From: an uncultured virus (IMG/VR IMGVR_UViG_3300024255_000005)
Taxonomy: Duplodnaviria > Heunggongvirae > Uroviricota > Caudoviricetes
Reading direction: 5' to 3' (one strand)
Length of the DNA: 64,000 nt
IMG/VR virus record: IMGVR_UViG_3300024255_000005
Each line of letters opens with the position of its first letter. Positions within the stretch are counted from its first letter, which is position 1. This document shows positions 59,396-64,000 of the stretch, one piece after another. The position numbers were made by a program, and so were the translations under genes. The notes under the pieces were generated by a model. That model saw only the letters and a list, made by a program, of their open reading frames with translations. It had not been told where the DNA came from and searched no databases.

Positions 59396-59764
59396 ATGAA
59401 AACATTTTTTGAATACTTAAGCGAAGAGAATATAACTAAAGAGGAAATTACTCTATTAGAAGAATCTCTACAGTCTGAATGGACTGACGAATTAGAGCAA
59501 AAGGTTGATGCCGCATTAGAAGAATTTACTAAACAATATGCAAACGAAGACGGAACGTTTGATTTTGATAGATTTAATGAGGAATTAACAAATGAAGGTT
59601 TCTTAGGCTCTATATTCGGTGGACTTACTGGATTTGCTTTAGGTAAAACAATTGGTAAAACAGTTGCTAAGGTTTTAGGAATTCAGAAAGGTATTTTTTA
59701 CGATTTATTAACCTCTAGATTAGTTGGTGCCGGATTAGGTGCTGCTATCGGAAAATCATTCTAA
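59396..59764 (+). CDS. Protein with capsid-targeting-like N-terminus and C-terminal glycine-zipper hydrophobic helices
   Basis: MKTFFEYLSEE; GSIFGGLTGFALGKTIG and GAGLGAAIG. Confidence 0.7.
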   Translation: MKTFFEYLSEENITKEEITLLEESLQSEWTDELEQKVDAALEEFTKQYANEDGTFDFDRFNEELTNEGFLGSIFGGLTGFALGKTIGKTVAKVLGIQKGIFYDLLTSRLVGAGLGAAIGKSF

Positions 59765-59765
59765 T

Positions 59766-60434
59766 TTGAATTACGTATCAGTAGACTTCTCATTAAACTC
59801 TCCAGGTATTTTTATATACCAAGAAGAAACTAACGAATATCATTTCATATCTTATATTAAAGAAGGCCAAGGAACCAAGAAAGAAAGAGCTTGGCAAGAG
59901 GACATATCTCATTTGAAGGGAGTTACTCTTATTAATCAACCCGACTGGGGAAAACAAGGTGCAGATTATTCAAGCGTTGAATTAGCAAAGATAAAGAGGT
60001 ACGCTAAAACAGCAGATGACATTATTAATTTAATAACGGATATTACAAAAACAAAGAAGCAGTATATTATTTCTTTTGAAGGAACTTCTTTCGGTTCGAA
60101 AATGGGAACTAATAATATTATTGACATGGCTGCAGGCGCCGCAATACTTAAAGAAAGAATGCTAAGTCAACTTGAAATCCTAGACATTCAAACTATTGCC
60201 CCTACTACAATTAAGAAACACGCCGGAAAAGGAAACATGAATAAGTCTCAATTATGGGATGCCTTTTTAAGTAATGTATTAGGAGATCAAGTTTTAGCAG
60301 AACATCCTCTTTTAGATTTTTGTGTGAAAGAAATTGGACCTTCTAAAAAAATACCAAAACCCTTTGACGATTTAGTTGACGCTTACTTTTTAACTCACTT
60401 CGTTAGAGCAAAGATGTCGGCCACTGAGGAATAG
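59766..60434 (+). CDS. RuvC-like (RNase H fold) Holliday junction resolvase/nuclease
   Basis: VSVDFSLNSPG, ISFEG, PTTIKKHAGKGN..K and DDLVDAY; TTG start at 59766. Confidence 0.75.
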   Translation: MNYVSVDFSLNSPGIFIYQEETNEYHFISYIKEGQGTKKERAWQEDISHLKGVTLINQPDWGKQGADYSSVELAKIKRYAKTADDIINLITDITKTKKQYIISFEGTSFGSKMGTNNIIDMAAGAAILKERMLSQLEILDIQTIAPTTIKKHAGKGNMNKSQLWDAFLSNVLGDQVLAEHPLLDFCVKEIGPSKKIPKPFDDLVDAYFLTHFVRAKMSATEE

Positions 60435-60462
60435 ATTTACCACTGAGGCTTAAAGTCTTAAG

Positions 60463-60489
60463 TTATACTGTCTTTTCCCCATAAAGTTT
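60463..60489 (-). promoter_or_regulatory. Antisense middle-type promoter-like motif AAAC-N17-GTATAA
   Basis: Reverse complement reads GAAAC-TTTATGGGGAAAAGACA-GTATAACT. Confidence 0.45.
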
Positions 60490-60502
60490 CATAAAATAAA
60501 AA

Positions 60503-60510
60503 GATATATA
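60503..60510 (+). promoter_or_regulatory. Putative late promoter GATATATA, 4 nt before ATG
   Basis: Recurrent motif and spacing. Confidence 0.6.
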
Positions 60511-60514
60511 AAAT

Positions 60515-60706
60515 ATGCAAACAGATAGAGAAATAATACCGGCCCACCTACTAAAGCTTAAAGAGATTTTAAGTGATATGGTAACTCAACATAGAATAAC
60601 AGAAAGTGAAATGATAGATATGTTAAGAAAAGCCGGCTTGGCTCGTCTTCCAAACTCTTCTTCAAAGTGGATTGACGAATCTGGATCAACCTATTCAGAG
60701 TTATAA
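60515..60706 (+). CDS. Small hypothetical protein
   Basis: ORF after a late motif. Confidence 0.65.
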   Translation: MQTDREIIPAHLLKLKEILSDMVTQHRITESEMIDMLRKAGLARLPNSSSKWIDESGSTYSEL

Positions 60707-60757
60707 TTCTTCCCCCTGCCCCCTGCAATACGGATATATAGAATAGTTATTATTGTG

Positions 60758-60783
60758 AAACCTTTTAGGAATTACATGTATAA
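60758..60783 (+). promoter_or_regulatory. Putative middle-type promoter AAAC-N16-GTATAA upstream of the replication operon
   Basis: Conserved motif and spacer; a GATATATA also lies at 60733. Confidence 0.7.
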
Positions 60784-60840
60784 CTATTGAAAGTTTTTTA
60801 AAGATTAAAGACATTAACGTAAATTAAAGCAATTAAAGAA

Positions 60841-61797
60841 ATGGCAGAATTTGACATTTTCAACTTAAGCGTAAGCGATGTTGAAACCCACGAGACAAAG
60901 AGTGCAAACTCTACAAATGAAATCTACAAACCATCCGCAGATGATGGTAAAGATGGTACTTATAAAGCACTTATCCGCTTTGTACCAAATCCAACAAACC
61001 CAAGAAATTCACTAGTTAAAAAGTATGTACACTGGCTAACTGACGCTAACGGCGATGGAAGACTTATTGATTCACCTTCAACGGTAGGAGATAAGTGTCC
61101 AATTGCAGATGCATTCTTCAAACTTCGTAAGAGTGATTCAGCAGTAGACCGTAAGATGAGCGACAAGCTTAAGCGTAGAGAACAGTACTACTCACTTATT
61201 AAAGTAGTGAAAGATCCTCAGAACCCTGAATTAGAAGGTACTTATAAAGTATTTAAATTCGGTTACAAAATTAAAGAGAAGATCGAAGAAGAAACTAAAC
61301 CTGCATTTGGTGAACCAACTCAGATTTATGATTTATTCGAAGGAAAGAACTTTGAACTTATTATTACTCGCCAAGGTGAATATAATAACTATGATAAGTC
61401 TAAATTCTCTGCAACTAGATCAGCTATTGCAATTGATGGAAAACCAGCTGAAAGAAGCCAAGAAGCTATGACATCTATCAAAGCTGAATTAGATACAGCA
61501 CCATCTTTAGCTCCTTACGAATATAAGAAATGGGATGCTGAAGCTCTTGACTTTGTTAATGGTATTTTAAGACAATATCTTAACCCTGGTTCTTCAATGG
61601 ATTCTGTAATTTCTACACCGAAGCCAGCTGCTAAAAAAGCAGCAGTAAAAGAAGCAGCTCCGGTAACAGGAAATGATGCTAACTTTGAATTCCCTGACAC
61701 AATGACAGCGACTCCAACGGCAGCAGAAACAAAATCTTCAACTGCATCAGCAGATAGCGATGATCTAGATTCTTTCTTAGATGAAATCGGAATCTAA
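60841..61797 (+). CDS. Single-stranded DNA-binding protein, T4 gp32-like
   Basis: ALIRFVP, CPI, FKFGYKI..KI, NYDKSKF and an acidic tail DDLDSFLDEI. Confidence 0.88.
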   Translation: MAEFDIFNLSVSDVETHETKSANSTNEIYKPSADDGKDGTYKALIRFVPNPTNPRNSLVKKYVHWLTDANGDGRLIDSPSTVGDKCPIADAFFKLRKSDSAVDRKMSDKLKRREQYYSLIKVVKDPQNPELEGTYKVFKFGYKIKEKIEEETKPAFGEPTQIYDLFEGKNFELIITRQGEYNNYDKSKFSATRSAIAIDGKPAERSQEAMTSIKAELDTAPSLAPYEYKKWDAEALDFVNGILRQYLNPGSSMDSVISTPKPAAKKAAVKEAAPVTGNDANFEFPDTMTATPTAAETKSSTASADSDDLDSFLDEIGI

Positions 61798-62863
61798 AAA
61801 AATCACAGAAGATTTAAAGCAGAAGGTCAGAAGTTTAGTTAAACAAGTTTGTGTAAAAGAACACGCTGACCCTAACAAACACATGATTAAGGAAATGCCA
61901 GGTCGTTTAAACCTGGCATGCCCTTATTGTGGTGACTCGCATGGTGAAACTCATAAGAAAAGAGGTAATCTATATTGGGCAACGTTACAATTCCACTGCT
62001 TTAATTGTGGACAACATTCAGATCTATATGGTTTTTTAAAAGATCATCACCTAAAATTCAAAGATACTCAAGATTCTATTGCAATCATAGAATATATTAA
62101 AGAACATAAGGTATCTGTTAATGAAGTAGACACTCTACAACATGGTGTATTTAAAACCTTATACGATTTATCACCTACGAGAAAGGAACTTAAAGAAGTT
62201 TTTAAACTAGTAGAGATAGAACCGGGCGATCCTGCCTTTTTCTATTTAAAGAACAGGTTTTTACATAAGAAGCTTAATCACTTCTTGTATTCTCCTAGAG
62301 ATAAAAGAATCTTAGTTTTAAACTTAGCACCTGAAGGTAAGGTTATAGGATTTCAAAGTAGATCTTTAAGGAAAAGTAAAAACACAAGATATTTAACATA
62401 CGATATAGAAAAGATATATCAGGAAATGAATAAAGAAATACCTCTTCAGGATGAACAGCTTATATCCTCTAAGAAGTTATCAACTTTGTTTGGTATCATG
62501 ACTGCAAACTTCCAAATGCCTTGTACGGTATTCGAAGGACCTTTAGATGCCTTATTTATGCCTAACTCTATAGCATTGGCGTCTGTAACCAGATCAACTG
62601 AAGAGTTAGACGAAATTCCAACAATAAGATATATGTTTGATAATGACGAAGCAGGAAAATCAAAGATGATGCAAAAATTAAAAAGAGGTAAAGAAGTATT
62701 TACATGGGACAAATTTCTGTCTGAATCAAAGATGGATAAATATCCTAGCAAGATTAAAGATCTAAACGATCTAGTTATCGCTGCTTGGAAAACAAAAAAT
62801 AAATGTTTATCTACAATGGATAAGTATTTTAGTAATTCACGACTAGATGCTTATTACTTATGA
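61781..62863 (+). CDS. DNA primase, T4 gp61-like
   Basis: CPYCGDS...HCFNC zinc ribbon; VFEGPLDALF and MFDNDEAG TOPRIM motifs; KDLND. Confidence 0.88.
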   Translation: MKSESKKITEDLKQKVRSLVKQVCVKEHADPNKHMIKEMPGRLNLACPYCGDSHGETHKKRGNLYWATLQFHCFNCGQHSDLYGFLKDHHLKFKDTQDSIAIIEYIKEHKVSVNEVDTLQHGVFKTLYDLSPTRKELKEVFKLVEIEPGDPAFFYLKNRFLHKKLNHFLYSPRDKRILVLNLAPEGKVIGFQSRSLRKSKNTRYLTYDIEKIYQEMNKEIPLQDEQLISSKKLSTLFGIMTANFQMPCTVFEGPLDALFMPNSIALASVTRSTEELDEIPTIRYMFDNDEAGKSKMMQKLKRGKEVFTWDKFLSESKMDKYPSKIKDLNDLVIAAWKTKNKCLSTMDKYFSNSRLDAYYL

Positions 62864-63072
62864 TAGACGATTACGTACAAATGGTAAATGACGAATTAGA
62901 TCAATTCGAAGAAGATGGAAAAAGACACAAAAACCTAAAAATGATTATTGGGTTTGCAGCAGCCGATTTATCACACGCTGAAAAAGAAATTAAAATAACT
63001 CCTAAATACAAAAAGAAATTTAAGAGTCAAGTTTATATTAAGAAGAATACTAATAATAACTCATTATTCTAA
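62860..63072 (+). CDS. Hypothetical protein
   Basis: ATGA-coupled ORF. Confidence 0.6.
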   Translation: MIDDYVQMVNDELDQFEEDGKRHKNLKMIIGFAAADLSHAEKEIKITPKYKKKFKSQVYIKKNTNNNSLF

Positions 63073-63082
63073 AAAACACCAC

Positions 63083-63520
63083 ATGACAGAACAATCAACT
63101 AACAAATCTAAGATTGTACAATTAGACGAATATTTAGCAAACCAAAGATCAGAATGGACTTTAAAGATTAAAGAACTTACTGCAAACTTAAAAGAAGGTA
63201 TTAACCTAGAAGATGTTAGTGCATACACGTTAAGTTATAGGCAAATATTAGTTGAAAATTTAGCAACTATCGCTGGTAAAATTAGAACACAAAAAGGAAC
63301 AGTAGACAAGTTATATAAACAGAAATGGATCGAATATTATAAGTTTGATTATAAGATAACGGATAAACAAAGAGAACGTTTTATCGACGCAGATCTTTCA
63401 GATGATAAACAGATTTTGGATTTACTTGAAAGCCAAAAGGCCTTTATTGAAGGCTCAGTAAAAACTCTCGACAATATGGGCTTTGCAATAAAGAATCGCC
63501 TTGATATTTCGAGACTGTAA
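63083..63520 (+). CDS. Recombination mediator, UvsY-like
   Basis: Helical 145-aa protein ending KTLDNMGFAIKNRLD, directly upstream of UvsW as in T4-like phages. Confidence 0.65.
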   Translation: MTEQSTNKSKIVQLDEYLANQRSEWTLKIKELTANLKEGINLEDVSAYTLSYRQILVENLATIAGKIRTQKGTVDKLYKQKWIEYYKFDYKITDKQRERFIDADLSDDKQILDLLESQKAFIEGSVKTLDNMGFAIKNRLDISRL

Positions 63521-63537
63521 AAAAAGTTAAATGAAAA

Positions 63538-64000
63538 TTGATTTTAACTCTAACGGATGATAATCAATTCTTACGAATTGATGAAGCAGAGGAACTTGAA
63601 CTAGAGCAGATTAAAATATCTTTAACTAAAAGAATTGATAGTTGGAGATTTAATCCTTTAGTCAAGAAAGGAATATGGGACGGATATGTTTCATACATCA
63701 AAGACGATAAGTGGATTCCCGCTGGTCTTTGGAGATATGTTATGCTCATTTGCAAGGAATATAAGTTTGATCTTAAACTTAATGGAATTCAAAGACTATT
63801 TGATAGAAACATAGGTGCAGAATCATTTGAAGCATGGGCTTTAGAATTTTTTAAGGATAGTAAATTTGTTCCAAGGGATTATCAAATAGAAACAGCATTT
63901 AATATCCTAAAGTTTAGGAGATGTTTAGCTGAATTAGCAACTTCCGCTGGGAAAACACTTATTAGTTTTTTAACAGTGGCGTATATGTTAGAAAAAGAAA
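63538..64000 (+). CDS. uvsW: UvsW-like superfamily 2 helicase (3' truncated; not in the ORF track)
   Basis: TTG start; WRFNPLVKKGIWDG, PRDYQ (Q motif) and LATSAGKTLI (Walker A). Confidence 0.85.
   Translation, partial: MILTLTDDNQFLRIDEAEELELEQIKISLTKRIDSWRFNPLVKKGIWDGYVSYIKDDKWIPAGLWRYVMLICKEYKFDLKLNGIQRLFDRNIGAESFEAWALEFFKDSKFVPRDYQIETAFNILKFRRCLAELATSAGKTLISFLTVAYMLEKE

Noticed and set aside
59766..60434. TnpB/Cas12-like RNA-guided nuclease
   Set aside because: It is only about 220 aa, lacks a zinc finger and recognition lobe, and sits in a replication context typical of a resolvase.
63531..63560. ATG at 63531 as the helicase start, implying a frameshift
   Set aside because: That frame stops after 9 codons. 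A TTG at 63538 opens the full helicase frame with no shift needed.
2479..63755. All minus-strand ORFs in the track, and nested plus-strand ORFs such as 39012 and 52440
   Set aside because: They overlap well-supported plus-strand genes and show no recognisable motifs.
1..64000. Stop-codon reassignment as in some large Bacteroidota phages
   Set aside because: Genes are full-length and densely packed in the standard code, and TAG and TGA both terminate genes at sensible positions.
1..64000. tRNA, rRNA, introns or inteins
   Set aside because: I saw no cloverleaf-like intergenic segment or interrupted conserved gene. A covariance search would be needed to exclude them fully.

Overview
This is an AT-rich, gene-dense segment of a large T4-like (myovirus/jumbo-type) bacteriophage genome. 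All credible genes lie on the + strand and read in the standard bacterial code. A Bacteroidota (probably Flavobacteriia) host is inferred from a Flavobacterium-like bS21, a general lack of Shine-Dalgarno motifs and a TAnnTTxG-like early promoter. Layout: (1) the 3' end of a collagen-like fibre gene with an S74-type chaperone domain, followed by an operon encoding a 2OG-Fe(II) oxygenase, a double GT2 glycosyltransferase and a PLOD-like lysyl hydroxylase; (2) about 16 kb of accessory genes (ATP-grasp ligase, exonuclease, DnaJ, bS21, PhoH, RNase HII, GT2, C26 peptidase, UvsE, dCMP deaminase, many hypotheticals); (3) about 38 kb of tail, baseplate, neck and fibre genes, with an S1-like protein and an amidoligase embedded; (4) the start of a replication module (RuvC-like, gp32-like SSB, primase, UvsY-like, UvsW-like). 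The best candidate for a new system is a phage collagen hydroxylation/glycosylation pathway. Other notable signals are three promoter classes readable from sequence, apparent leaderless late mRNAs, and seven proteins with a T4-like capsid-targeting N-terminus. All product calls come from motif recognition by eye; no database searches were run.
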